From contig JAVEXP010000002.1 of assembly GCA_034003985.1 (NCBI GenBank), positions 11,206-75,205 on the forward strand: a stretch of DNA of 64,000 bases, read 5' to 3'. This document shows, in pieces, positions 48,214 through 57,636 of this stretch (its first letter is position 1; each line of letters opens with the position of its first letter). A model generated the notes under the pieces. That model did not search any database, was not told the origin of the DNA, and saw only the letters and a program-made list of their open reading frames with translations. Source of the DNA: Patescibacteria group bacterium. Lineage in GTDB: Bacteria; Patescibacteriota; Patescibacteriia; Buchananbacterales; UBA6539. The position numbers were made by a program, and so were the translations under genes.

Positions 48214-49596
48214 TTGAAAAATAAATTATTTATGGAGATATCTTTTTATGGCGCCTGCCGGCAAGTTACCGGTTCATGCCATTATATCAATACCGGCAAA
48301 AGTCGTTTTTTGATTGATTGCGGAGTATTTCAGGGAACCGCTCAGGCTGAAAAGCAAAATTATGCGCCATTTGGTTTTGATCCGGCCAGGCTTGATTTTG
48401 TGATCGCTACCCATGCTCATGCTGATCATATTGGCCGTTTGCCAAAGTTGTGCCGCGACGGTTTTGCTGGAAAAATTTACAGCACGCCGCCAACTAAAGA
48501 TTTGATAAAAATCATGTTGGCTGATGCCGTCGAAATCCTTGAATATGAAGCTAAAAAATATCACCATCAACCATTGTATAGCAAGCGGGATGTTCAAGAT
48601 ACCATCCAGCGGTTTATTGGCATTGATTATCGCCATAAAACCAGATTAGCGCCTGATGTCGAATTGGAATTTTATGACGCCGGACATATTTTAGGTTCGG
48701 CTTTTGTAGTTTTGACTTTAGGGCAGGGGAAGACAAAAAAACGGGTGGTTTTTTCTGGTGACCTCGGTAACCCGCCGGTGCCTTTGTTGCGCGATACGGA
48801 ATTTGTTCGCGGGGCGGATGTGGTTATTATGGAAACAACTTACGGCGGGCGGATTCATGAGCCTGCTAGTATGCGCTTGGAGATGCTTAAATCGGCCTTT
48901 GGCCAGACTGCCAAAAATGCCGGTGTATTATTAATTCCGGTTTTTGCCTTGGAGCGAACGCAGGAAATTTTGTATGAATTGAATCATCTGGTGGAAAGTG
49001 GTAAAGTGCCCGCCATCCCGGTTTATGTTGACAGTCCTTTGGCTATTGAAGCCCTGCAAGTCTATCGTCATTACCAAAATTTATTTGACCAAGCTTCGCA
49101 GAAATTACTGGCCAAGGGTGACAATTTGTTTGATTTTCCGGGTCTTAAATATACTAAAACCGCCAGTGAGTCAAAAAAAATTAATACTTCAGTTTCGCCC
49201 AAAGTGATAATTGCCGGTAGTGGTATGGCTAATGGTGGTCGGATTTTGCATCACTTGCCTCGCTATTTGCCTGGCAGTAAGAATCAATTGCTGATTGTCG
49301 GCTATCAGGCCCAAGGAACTCTTGGTCGGGAGCTTTACGAAGGTAAAAGAGTGGTCAAAATTGATGGCCAGTTGGTGCCGGTAAAAGCCAGGGTTACTGC
49401 CATTGGTGCTTATTCGGCTCACGCTGATCAGCCCAAACTTCTTCATTGGGTCAAAAAAATGTCTTGGAAAAGACCCAGCAAAGTTTTTCTGATTCATGGC
49501 GAGACCAAAGCTTCACAGATGGTGGCCGATGGTTTAAAACAAAAATTAAAAATAAATTCAATTATTCCTGAACCCGAAAAGGTTTACGAACTTTAG
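48214..49596 (+). CDS. metallo-beta-lactamase / beta-CASP family ribonuclease (RNase J / CPSF73-like)
   Basis: HAHADHIG (HxHxDH) motif and beta-CASP region. 460 aa. Confidence 0.7.
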   Translation: MKNKLFMEISFYGACRQVTGSCHYINTGKSRFLIDCGVFQGTAQAEKQNYAPFGFDPARLDFVIATHAHADHIGRLPKLCRDGFAGKIYSTPPTKDLIKIMLADAVEILEYEAKKYHHQPLYSKRDVQDTIQRFIGIDYRHKTRLAPDVELEFYDAGHILGSAFVVLTLGQGKTKKRVVFSGDLGNPPVPLLRDTEFVRGADVVIMETTYGGRIHEPASMRLEMLKSAFGQTAKNAGVLLIPVFALERTQEILYELNHLVESGKVPAIPVYVDSPLAIEALQVYRHYQNLFDQASQKLLAKGDNLFDFPGLKYTKTASESKKINTSVSPKVIIAGSGMANGGRILHHLPRYLPGSKNQLLIVGYQAQGTLGRELYEGKRVVKIDGQLVPVKARVTAIGAYSAHADQPKLLHWVKKMSWKRPSKVFLIHGETKASQMVADGLKQKLKINSIIPEPEKVYEL

Positions 49597-49615
49597 TGCC
49601 TTGGGGATAAAAGGC

Positions 49616-49668
49616 TTGACATTAATGTTAGAATAATATAACATTGAATTGTTAATTAATTCTAACAT
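49616..49668 (+). promoter_or_regulatory. TTGACA -35 box followed by 10-bp perfect inverted repeat ATGTTAGAAT...ATTCTAACAT; candidate promoter plus operator (XRE autoregulation)
   Basis: Read directly, immediately upstream of the membrane-protein/XRE gene pair. Confidence 0.35.
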
Positions 49669-49675
49669 TAAATTT

Positions 49676-50221
49676 ATGACCCCCAAACAGTATCAAATCG
49701 TTAAATTAATATTTGTTTTTATTCTAGCTGTAATTTTTAGTCAGGGGATTGTTTTTAGTAATTATCTTATTCCGATTGCCTCATTGGTGCTGAGCTCGTT
49801 GATTTTGCTTTATTTGCGCCGCAAAGTATCTGGGATTATGGCTGACGAACGCGATTATTCAGCCGCTGGTAAGTCCGCACTTTGGGCAATCCAAATATAT
49901 TCTTGGTTGGCCGTTGTCAGCATGCTTTTGCTTTATGCCGCCCGCGATTTCAATCCGGCCTATGAACCAATTGCCATGACTTTGGCTTTTTCAACCTGTA
50001 TTTTAATGCTGTTATACGCTTTGATTTTTCGTTACCAATGCCGAATAAAATTTACCGATAAAAAATTAATTTATACTATTTTGGTCCTGATATTTTTTGT
50101 CATTATGGCAATTGCGGCTCTCAGGTTATTTTCCGGCGAGGATAATTGGCTTTGTGTCAACGGCCAGTGGGTTAAACATGGTCAGCCGGATTTTCCCGCG
50201 CCAAGCATTGAGTGTAAATAA
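49676..50221 (+). CDS. hypothetical 4-TM membrane protein (partner of XRE regulator)
   Basis: Start taken at the ATG at 49676 (the ORF track uses a TTG at 49649). C-terminal Cys-containing soluble tail. Confidence 0.45.
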   Translation: MTPKQYQIVKLIFVFILAVIFSQGIVFSNYLIPIASLVLSSLILLYLRRKVSGIMADERDYSAAGKSALWAIQIYSWLAVVSMLLLYAARDFNPAYEPIAMTLAFSTCILMLLYALIFRYQCRIKFTDKKLIYTILVLIFFVIMAIAALRLFSGEDNWLCVNGQWVKHGQPDFPAPSIECK

Positions 50222-50229
50222 TATTCTTT

Positions 50230-50424
50230 ATGCATAATTTGATCAAAGATCGGCGAATAAAATTGAATATCACTCAAGAGGATTTGGCGCGCCAGGCCAG
50301 AGTCAGGCGGGAGACTATCGTTTTTTTAGAGCAGGGGAAATATAACCCGTCGCTCAAGTTGGCTCACGATGTCGCCAAAGCTTTAAAAACCACCATTGAC
50401 AAACTTTTTATTTTTGATGATTAA
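50230..50424 (+). CDS. XRE-family helix-turn-helix transcriptional regulator
   Basis: 64 aa. The [41 protein letters not shown] segment is a Cro/C1-type HTH. Confidence 0.75.
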   Translation: MHNLIKDRRIKLNITQEDLARQARVRRETIVFLEQGKYNPSLKLAHDVAKALKTTIDKLFIFDD

Positions 50425-50448
50425 TTTGGATTAACCTAATATTTTTTG

Positions 50449-50487
50449 TATAATAGAGATGTCGCTAACGCTACATCTCTATTATTA
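50449..50487 (+). promoter_or_regulatory. 13-bp inverted repeat TAATAGAGATGT-(9)-ACATCTCTATTA; terminator of XRE gene and/or operator upstream of cbiM-like gene
   Basis: Read directly. A TGTATAAT -10-like box overlaps the first arm. Confidence 0.35.
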
Positions 50488-50499
50488 AATTATTGGTTT

Positions 50500-51201
50500 A
50501 TGCACATTCCTGATGGTTTTCTTAATAACTCGACGGCCGGGTTGCTTTTGGGGGTCACCGTCTTGGCTGAGATCTGTGCCGGCGCCAAGGTTCGTAAAGA
50601 TTTTTTTGAAAAAATTAAAGTACCCGTTCTGAAAACAGTTGAGGGATTTGAATTTGGTTCTCCATCTGTCAGGCAACTGACTAAATCGGGAAAAGATAAA
50701 ATTTTTAAAATGGCCACGGTTGGGGCGTTTATCTTCGCCGCCCAGATGGTCAATTTTCCGGTGGCTTCCGGCACCAGCGGCCATTTGCTTGGCGGTGTAT
50801 TAGCCGGTATCCTGCTTGGTCCGCTGGAAGGACTTTTAGTGATTTCTTCAGTTTTAACAGTCCAGTCGTTATTTTTCGCCGATGGTGGTTTGCTCGCCTT
50901 AGGGGCCAATATTTTTAATATGGGTATTATCGGGGCAATCGGCGGCTACTATCTTTATTTATTATTTAGTAGCTTCCAAAAAAATTTTTTTATTTCGGCG
51001 GCTTTGGCTGCTTGGTCTAGCGTGATTTTGGCTTCGATAGTCTGTTCCTTGGAATTGGCAATTTCTGGCACCATTCCTTTGGTTTCAGTTTTGCCATCAA
51101 TGGTCGGAATTCATGCCTTAATTGGTATTGGCGAAGCACTAATCACCGTTTTCGTGTTGTGGTTTATGAAATATCAGCCGGAGGGGCACAGTCATGACTA
51201 A
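50500..51201 (+). CDS. ECF-type Co/Ni transporter substrate component CbiM/NikM family
   Basis: N-terminus MHIPDGFL is the CbiM/NikM hallmark, followed by about 6 TM. Start taken at the ATG at 50500. Confidence 0.65.
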   Translation: MHIPDGFLNNSTAGLLLGVTVLAEICAGAKVRKDFFEKIKVPVLKTVEGFEFGSPSVRQLTKSGKDKIFKMATVGAFIFAAQMVNFPVASGTSGHLLGGVLAGILLGPLEGLLVISSVLTVQSLFFADGGLLALGANIFNMGIIGAIGGYYLYLLFSSFQKNFFISAALAAWSSVILASIVCSLELAISGTIPLVSVLPSMVGIHALIGIGEALITVFVLWFMKYQPEGHSHD

Positions 51202-51499
51202 GCGCTATTTTGGGCTGTTGGTCCTAGCTTTGTTAGTCAGCGCTTTACTTTCCTTGTCGGCTTCTGCTAGTCCAGATGGCTTGGAGAAGGTTGCCATTGG
51301 CAAAGGATTCATCCAGACTGCCCTTGATTATCCTTTTGCGGTTTTAATACCTGATTACAGCCTTGGTCAAATTAATAATGAATTGCTTGCCGGGTCGTTA
51401 GCCGGACTTATTGGAACGGCCATTGTTTTTGTGGTAATTTATTTAATCATCAAATTTTTATTTTTTAGCCGCCCGCAGGCGAATAACCAAAAAATATGA
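51194..51499 (+). CDS. PDGLE-domain protein (CbiN/NikL-like accessory component)
   Basis: Signal peptide, literal SPDGLEKVA motif, C-terminal TM. Overlaps the cbiM-like stop by 8 nt. Confidence 0.6.
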   Translation: MTKRYFGLLVLALLVSALLSLSASASPDGLEKVAIGKGFIQTALDYPFAVLIPDYSLGQINNELLAGSLAGLIGTAIVFVVIYLIIKFLFFSRPQANNQKI

Positions 51500-53985
51500 T
51501 CAATCAAAAAGATTTTAATTCGTTGGAGCCTCAGGCTTCCGGCAAGAAGTCGCTTAATAAATTTATTTGGCTTGGTTTGGCGTTGGTTATTGTTTCGATC
51601 CTGGCATTGGGTTTTCTTGCTGCTTATTTTTTCTTTGGAAGCCAGCCCGGTAATCCACCTCAAACTACTGCCGAAGAACAGGGACTATTAGATTCTTGGA
51701 AATTTGTTTTAGTTCAGCCGGTCTTTGCCCAAAATGAAGAGGAATTTAATAATGTTGTTCCTGCTATTCCCTTGGCCAAACCCGAATTTGGTGAATTGAC
51801 CAATTTGGAAAGTTTTAAACAAGACAGCGGCATTGAATTTTCCGCTGCCCAGCAATCCGCTCTCAGTAGCGATGGTTTTTTCTTGGCGTCGAATAATATT
51901 ATTGGTAAAGAACCCAGTCTAAATGATTTTGTCGATTCTTACAACTATTTTAGCGGTAGTCGCAATGAATATTTTCGCCAAGCCGATGACGCGGTTTTTA
52001 TTACCAGCGATTTGGGGTTGCACCTTTATCATATTTTAATTGATCGTAGTTTTCAAAGTATTGAAGAAAAAAAATTCCAGCCAATGCTTCGAGCGATGAC
52101 CAAAGCGTTGTTTCTTGATTCTCTGGAAAAATACAATTTGGTTACCAACCTCGAGCTTAAGGATTCTTACAAGCGTTTGAGTGCTTATTATTTAGTTCCC
52201 TTGGTGGTTCTGGATGCCGGCAACAAAGCATCCGGTGTTGAGCTTGAGCCTTCGGATTTTGAAACTTATGCCCAATATCTTCAAGCAATGGACGAGCAGA
52301 CCGTTAAAAATAGTGCGGCGGAATTAGTTTTTGGTTTGGTTGATAAAACTTATGACGGTCAGATTTTACCCGATGAAATTTATGACCTCGCCCGGCAGGA
52401 ATTGTTATTAATTGCTTCAGCCGAGGAGATTGCCGATTCGCCGTTATTCACCCCTTGGCGTCCAGAGTTTCAAAATGATTATACTCAATTCAAGCCACGA
52501 TCACATTATACCAAAAATGATATTCTTAAAAGCTATTTTATCGCGATGATGTGGTATGGTCGAATGGGTTTTCCGTTGACCAGTCCGGAACTGACTCGTG
52601 ATGCTTTGCTAATAACTGCTCAAGTTAACAACTTGAAAGTTAGCGATCAGGATTTGTCCAAGTTGTGGTCTGATTTTGCGGCGGTTATCAATTTTTTTGT
52701 CGGCGAAGTTGATGATTTAACGCCTTACCAATATACTGATGTAATCAAAAAAGTTTATGGTTCAACCACCAGCCCGGCTGATTTCGCCGATAGCCAAAAA
52801 CTTAATGACTTTATCGCTCAGGCCAAAGCCGATTTGCCAGCTCCAAAAATTATTTCTGAAGCTCTGTGGGTATTTGATGACGGGGGACAGCGTGATGAAT
52901 TATTGAATGATTTAAAGCAATTCCGATTTATGGGGCAGCGGTTTACGCCTGATGCCTATATTATCAATAATTTGACTCAGGGTGCTGGCGCTCCCGAGCC
53001 GGAAACCGGTCAAATGTTGCCAAGTATGCCAACGGCTTTGATGCCAATCCATATTTTACAGCCCCAGAATCGTCTAGTTGAAAAATATCTGGATGACTGG
53101 GTTAATGATCCTGAGCGAATTGTTCAACAAGACCGCCAGTCCGACAAAATTATTGCCAAAGTGCTTAATCGTTTGCAAGCTGAGTTTGCCACTTATGACA
53201 ATAATACTTGGCTGAAGAATATTTATTGGCGCTGGCTTAACTTATTTCGGCCGTTGTTGGGAGTTTATGGTGAAGGTTATCCTTATTTTATGCAGACCCA
53301 GGCTTGGCAGCAGAAAAATCTCGGTACTGTCCTGGGGTCTTTTACTGAACTTAAGCATGATACCTTACTTTATGCCAAGCAGTCGTATGCCGAGCTTGGT
53401 GCCGGAATGCCCGAAGATCTTGAATTACCTCCGGTAGTCAAAGGTTATGTCGAACCAGATTTGGTATTTTGGAATCGTTTAATCAGTTTGGCTCAAACCA
53501 CCAAGACCGGTTTGGATTTACGCGACGCCATGCCAGAAGATTACAAAGATAAGTATGACACTTTTATTGACGCCATTGAATTTTTGCGAGATATCGCCAA
53601 GCAGGAACTCTTGGATCAAAAAATCAGTGATGAAGATTTCGAAAAGCTGCGGACCATTAGTTTTGTTCTAAGGCAAGTTGCCGAACCTCTTCCCGGACAG
53701 GAATTAACTACCAGAGAAAAGCGCGCTGGAATTATTGCCGATATTCATACCGATGCGCTCAAGGGGCAGATTCTTTACGAGGCTACTGGCAAACCATATA
53801 TTATCTATGTTGCCGTTAAAGATATTAATGGAACCCGTTTGACGCGCGGTGTGGTTTTTAACCATTATGAATTTGCCGACAAACTTGGTGAACGGTTGGC
53901 TGATGAAGATTGGCAGGCGAAAGTTTATGAGGGTGCAAGCTCATTGCCGCCTGCTGACATCTGGTCGGCCGAACTGATTAAATAG
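51496..53985 (+). CDS. large N-terminally anchored extracytoplasmic protein, unknown function (829 aa)
   Basis: A single TM near the N-terminus, then a long soluble domain. Start overlaps the previous stop (ATGA), so translationally coupled. Confidence 0.5.
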   Translation: MINQKDFNSLEPQASGKKSLNKFIWLGLALVIVSILALGFLAAYFFFGSQPGNPPQTTAEEQGLLDSWKFVLVQPVFAQNEEEFNNVVPAIPLAKPEFGELTNLESFKQDSGIEFSAAQQSALSSDGFFLASNNIIGKEPSLNDFVDSYNYFSGSRNEYFRQADDAVFITSDLGLHLYHILIDRSFQSIEEKKFQPMLRAMTKALFLDSLEKYNLVTNLELKDSYKRLSAYYLVPLVVLDAGNKASGVELEPSDFETYAQYLQAMDEQTVKNSAAELVFGLVDKTYDGQILPDEIYDLARQELLLIASAEEIADSPLFTPWRPEFQNDYTQFKPRSHYTKNDILKSYFIAMMWYGRMGFPLTSPELTRDALLITAQVNNLKVSDQDLSKLWSDFAAVINFFVGEVDDLTPYQYTDVIKKVYGSTTSPADFADSQKLNDFIAQAKADLPAPKIISEALWVFDDGGQRDELLNDLKQFRFMGQRFTPDAYIINNLTQGAGAPEPETGQMLPSMPTALMPIHILQPQNRLVEKYLDDWVNDPERIVQQDRQSDKIIAKVLNRLQAEFATYDNNTWLKNIYWRWLNLFRPLLGVYGEGYPYFMQTQAWQQKNLGTVLGSFTELKHDTLLYAKQSYAELGAGMPEDLELPPVVKGYVEPDLVFWNRLISLAQTTKTGLDLRDAMPEDYKDKYDTFIDAIEFLRDIAKQELLDQKISDEDFEKLRTISFVLRQVAEPLPGQELTTREKRAGIIADIHTDALKGQILYEATGKPYIIYVAVKDINGTRLTRGVVFNHYEFADKLGERLADEDWQAKVYEGASSLPPADIWSAELIK

Positions 53986-53986
53986 C

Positions 53987-55765
53987 ATGGATCGAGAAGA
54001 AAAATTACTTCTATTAGTCATTGTCGCAAGCCTATCTTTGATAGGCTTGCTGGCGCTTGGGGTTTGTTTGTTTAATGTCAGTCATCGGCCAGCACCAATT
54101 GTCGATTACTTTGAACTGCCAGCGAGGGATTTCCATTATGCCAACCCGGCCGATTTGAAATTTTATCAGCAACTTTATAATTTTCCCGGACAAGATTTTG
54201 ATTTGGCCGGCAGTCAGGTTTTTGGCGGGGTAATCCCGCATCATTTGTTGGCCGGGGATTTAATCGCTGATTTTTTTCGTCAGCTTGAAGGTCAGGATTT
54301 TGATTTAATTGTTTTATTGGGCCCCAATCATTTTTCGGCCGGGCAATCCGACTTGATTGCCTCGGCTTATGATTGGCAAACTCCTTATGGTATTTTATCA
54401 CCTGACCAAGCGGCATTAAATCAACTGAAAGACGAGCTAAACTTAGCTGTTGAAGAAAAGCCTTTTGCCGCCGAACATTCCATTAATGTCGAAGTGGCTT
54501 TTATCAAGAAGACTTTTCGTCATGCCAAGTTTTTGCCAATTATCATCAAGCCGGGAGTTGATCAAACTACCGCTGGTGAATTAGCCGAGGCCTTATTCAA
54601 GATTTCTCAATCAAAAAAAATGTTGTTGCTGGTTAGTGCTGATTTTTCTCATTATCAAACAAGTGATCAGGCACAGCTGGACGACCAAGCCTCAATTAAA
54701 GCCCTGACTAATTTTGATTTGGAAAAAATTTATAGCCTGGCCGTTGATTCGCCGCCGGCGGTTTATGCTTTATTGAAGTACGGTCAGCTTTATCACGCCA
54801 GTTTTCAACTATTGAATAATTCAAATTCTGCAATTTTATCTAACCAGCCGGATTTACCAAGTACCACCAGCTACATCACCGGTTTTTTGACTAACCAAGT
54901 GCCACCGGTTTCCCTAAAAATGTTATTTTTTGGCGATTTGATGTTGGATCGCCATGTTAAAGAGTTGATTAATTCTAAGGGATTTGATTATATTTTTTCC
55001 GATTTAAACCGGAATAATTTTTTTATGGGGTATGATTTAGTCGGTGCCAATTTAGAGGGAGTGGTAACTGATGGCGGTCAGCATTATGATCCCGTCAAAG
55101 AGTTTGATTTTGCTTTTGACCCAAAAGATGTCGCCGCACTTAAAAAATATCATTTTACTTTTTTTAATCTGGCCAACAATCATATTTTTGATCAAGGCCA
55201 GCGGGGGATCGATGAGACTAATTCCAATCTGACCGCTTTGGGATTTGATTACGCCGGTTGCCCCGACGGCCAAGTGGCTGATTGCAGCTGGCGGATTTTG
55301 ACATTAGACAACCAGCAAATCGCTTTGGTCGGTTTTAGCGGCGTTGGCGCAAAACTTAATCCCAATCTGGTAGCTAAAATGATTATCGATCTTCGTTTCC
55401 AAGTCGATTGGATTATTATTAACATTCATTGGGGTCAGGAGTATCAACTTCAGCCCAATGAAATGCAGCGTCACTTAGCCCATCAACTGATTGAATCCGG
55501 CGCTGATGTTGTCATCGGTCATCACCCCCATGTTGTTCAAGGTTTAGAAGTTTATCAAGGCAAACCAATTTTTTATTCTTTGGGAAATTTTGTTTTTGAT
55601 CAATACTTTTCCCAAGACACTCAAACCGGTTTGGCTTTGAGTCTGAATTTTTTAAATACGGAAGTGAATTATGAGCTTTGGCCTTTGGTGGCCACCAAAG
55701 GCCAGTTGAAGCTTTTAATTGGTAATGAGCGTCAAGACTTTTTGGCCAAGCTCGAGATTGATTAG
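53987..55765 (+). CDS. fusion protein: Memo-like (AmmeMemoRadiSam system protein B family) domain + CapA/PGA_cap metallophosphatase-like domain, N-terminal TM anchor
   Basis: The Memo-like half has GGVIPHHLLAG, LLGPNHF and LLLVSADFSHYQ, which parallel the MEMO1 motifs IAPHAGYxYCG, ILGPSHH and VVSSDFCHWG. The CapA-like half has MLFFGDLMLDRH and NLANNHIFDQGQRG. Confidence 0.6.
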   Translation: MDREEKLLLLVIVASLSLIGLLALGVCLFNVSHRPAPIVDYFELPARDFHYANPADLKFYQQLYNFPGQDFDLAGSQVFGGVIPHHLLAGDLIADFFRQLEGQDFDLIVLLGPNHFSAGQSDLIASAYDWQTPYGILSPDQAALNQLKDELNLAVEEKPFAAEHSINVEVAFIKKTFRHAKFLPIIIKPGVDQTTAGELAEALFKISQSKKMLLLVSADFSHYQTSDQAQLDDQASIKALTNFDLEKIYSLAVDSPPAVYALLKYGQLYHASFQLLNNSNSAILSNQPDLPSTTSYITGFLTNQVPPVSLKMLFFGDLMLDRHVKELINSKGFDYIFSDLNRNNFFMGYDLVGANLEGVVTDGGQHYDPVKEFDFAFDPKDVAALKKYHFTFFNLANNHIFDQGQRGIDETNSNLTALGFDYAGCPDGQVADCSWRILTLDNQQIALVGFSGVGAKLNPNLVAKMIIDLRFQVDWIIINIHWGQEYQLQPNEMQRHLAHQLIESGADVVIGHHPHVVQGLEVYQGKPIFYSLGNFVFDQYFSQDTQTGLALSLNFLNTEVNYELWPLVATKGQLKLLIGNERQDFLAKLEID

Positions 55766-55820
55766 ATTTAATTGGCCCTAATTGCTATAATATAATTGTT
55801 GGAACATAATATTGTAGCCG

Positions 55821-56204
55821 ATGAAAAAAATATTGTTAGCCATTTTGGCGGTCATGCTAGTCATTTTGCTTTTGTTAGTCGGGTTGATTTTTTACCTTTA
55901 TTTTGTTTTCCAGCCATTAATGAATGGTTTTCAGGTTGACACCAATTTTGATTCCGCCGAGTCAACGGATAGTCAAGCGACAGATTCTAACCCGGTTGAT
56001 AAGCATCCTTTATTGACTGACAGTCAGGAGCAAATGCTCGAAAAAATTGGTATTGATCCGGCCAAGCTTCCCCAAACCATTACGCCGGAACTGGAACAGT
56101 GTTTTATTGCCAAACTGGGTCAGGAACGGGTTGATCAGATTAAAAGTGGCCAGTCGCCAACTGCCGTTGATTTATTTAAAGCTAAATCATGTATTACCAA
56201 TTAA
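55821..56204 (+). CDS. small membrane-anchored hypothetical protein
   Basis: N-terminal TM segment, then an acidic soluble region. 127 aa. Confidence 0.4.
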   Translation: MKKILLAILAVMLVILLLLVGLIFYLYFVFQPLMNGFQVDTNFDSAESTDSQATDSNPVDKHPLLTDSQEQMLEKIGIDPAKLPQTITPELEQCFIAKLGQERVDQIKSGQSPTAVDLFKAKSCITN

Positions 56205-56207
56205 ATT

Positions 56208-56948
56208 ATGGCTAAAAAAATAAAACGCCCTGTTGATCCAGTCACTAAAAAGACGATTTTGAATTTGCCGTCGGTTGATTTGCCGATTAAGCCGCTGACG
56301 ACCGAAGAAATTAACCGCGACATTAAAAAGAGAATTTCTCATATTGCCAAAGAATTTACCCTGGGTTTTGATTTTATCAAGACTCATCAGAAGTCGGTTA
56401 CTTTTTTTGGTTCGGCCCGACTAGGCGCCGAGAATCCTTACTACCAGAAGGCAGTTAGGCTTTCCAAAGCTTTGGCTCAGAATGGCTATGCAGTTTTGAC
56501 CGGCGGCGGCCCGGGAATTATGGAAGCCGCCAATCTGGGAGCGCTGAAAGGCAAAGGTGATTCTCTGGGTTTGACAATCAGTTTACCCAAGGAACAAGTA
56601 ACCAACCCTTATGTTTCGGATTTTCGGGAGTTCCATTATTTTTTTACCCGAAAAGTTTGTTTGACTTTTTCCGCCGAAGCTTATATTTATTTTCCCGGTG
56701 GGTTTGGTACCCTTGATGAATTTTTCGAAATTTTGACTTTGATTCAGACCAATAAAATTTTGCCAGTTCCGATTATTTTGGTCGGAAAAGATTTTTGGCA
56801 ACCGCTTGAACAATTTTTATGTAAAACGGTTTATCGTGATTTCAAGGCCATTAGCAAGGAAGATTTTAAATTGTATCATTTGACCGAGGACGAAAAAGAA
56901 ATTATTGAAATCATTAAAAAATCGCCCATTCGCCAGCTTGATAATTAG
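56208..56948 (+). CDS. LOG family protein (TIGR00730-type Rossmann fold; cytokinin riboside 5'-monophosphate phosphoribohydrolase-like)
   Basis: GGGPGIMEAAN and PGGFGTLDEFFE motifs. Confidence 0.75.
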   Translation: MAKKIKRPVDPVTKKTILNLPSVDLPIKPLTTEEINRDIKKRISHIAKEFTLGFDFIKTHQKSVTFFGSARLGAENPYYQKAVRLSKALAQNGYAVLTGGGPGIMEAANLGALKGKGDSLGLTISLPKEQVTNPYVSDFREFHYFFTRKVCLTFSAEAYIYFPGGFGTLDEFFEILTLIQTNKILPVPIILVGKDFWQPLEQFLCKTVYRDFKAISKEDFKLYHLTEDEKEIIEIIKKSPIRQLDN

Positions 56949-56951
56949 TTT

Positions 56952-57527
56952 TTACCAAGGCATGGTCAGGTTGATGGAGTGGCTTTCAATTTTTTCCCAG
57001 CTGCTGGTATTAAGCGGTATCTGGGAGATGTCGTTGATTAATTTATATTTAAGAAAACCGTTGGTTCGGGCGAAATCATAAAGCTCTTTGGTGATTTTTA
57101 CATCTTGCTCGCAATATTGTTTGATTTTTTCGATTTCACCTTGCTTCCACCAAATTACCGCATCTATCCCTTTGCCGCTTTTATTACTTCCCAGTGTTCC
57201 ACTCGCCACGGCGCTCAGGGGAATTTTCCGGCCCAAGACTTTTTTTATTTCAGCCAGCAAGTCAACGCTTTTGATTTTAGTCAGATCGCCGGGGTAGTAT
57301 TTATCAAGCAGGGGAATATCAAAATAGTCAGAATTATAGCCGATGATCAAGTCAGTGTGCTCCAGGATTTTAAACAGTTTAAAAAAATCGGCCTCCAAAA
57401 AACTCTGATAACTGTCGGAATCGGAGTCGTAAATTGAAACTACTGAAATATTAAGCAGCCTCGGATCAAAGCCGCCGGCTTCTTGAAAAGTATTTTTAGT
57501 TTCAATATCAATAACTATTTTTCTCAT
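56952..57527 (-). CDS. DEDD-type 3'-5' exonuclease (DnaQ-like/RNase H-like fold)
   Basis: Exo I motif VIDIETKN, Exo II GYNSDYFDIPLL, Exo III YCEQDVKITKELY. Confidence 0.55.
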   Translation of the reverse strand: MRKIVIDIETKNTFQEAGGFDPRLLNISVVSIYDSDSDSYQSFLEADFFKLFKILEHTDLIIGYNSDYFDIPLLDKYYPGDLTKIKSVDLLAEIKKVLGRKIPLSAVASGTLGSNKSGKGIDAVIWWKQGEIEKIKQYCEQDVKITKELYDFARTNGFLKYKLINDISQIPLNTSSWEKIESHSINLTMPW

Positions 57528-57636
57528 CGCTATTATTATAGATGTTGTATGTTTTTTCGTCTAGCTACGGATTAAATTTGAATAATCAGGCTAATTTTGT
57601 TAGAATTATAGCGTTTATTATTAACCGCCAAAGCCT

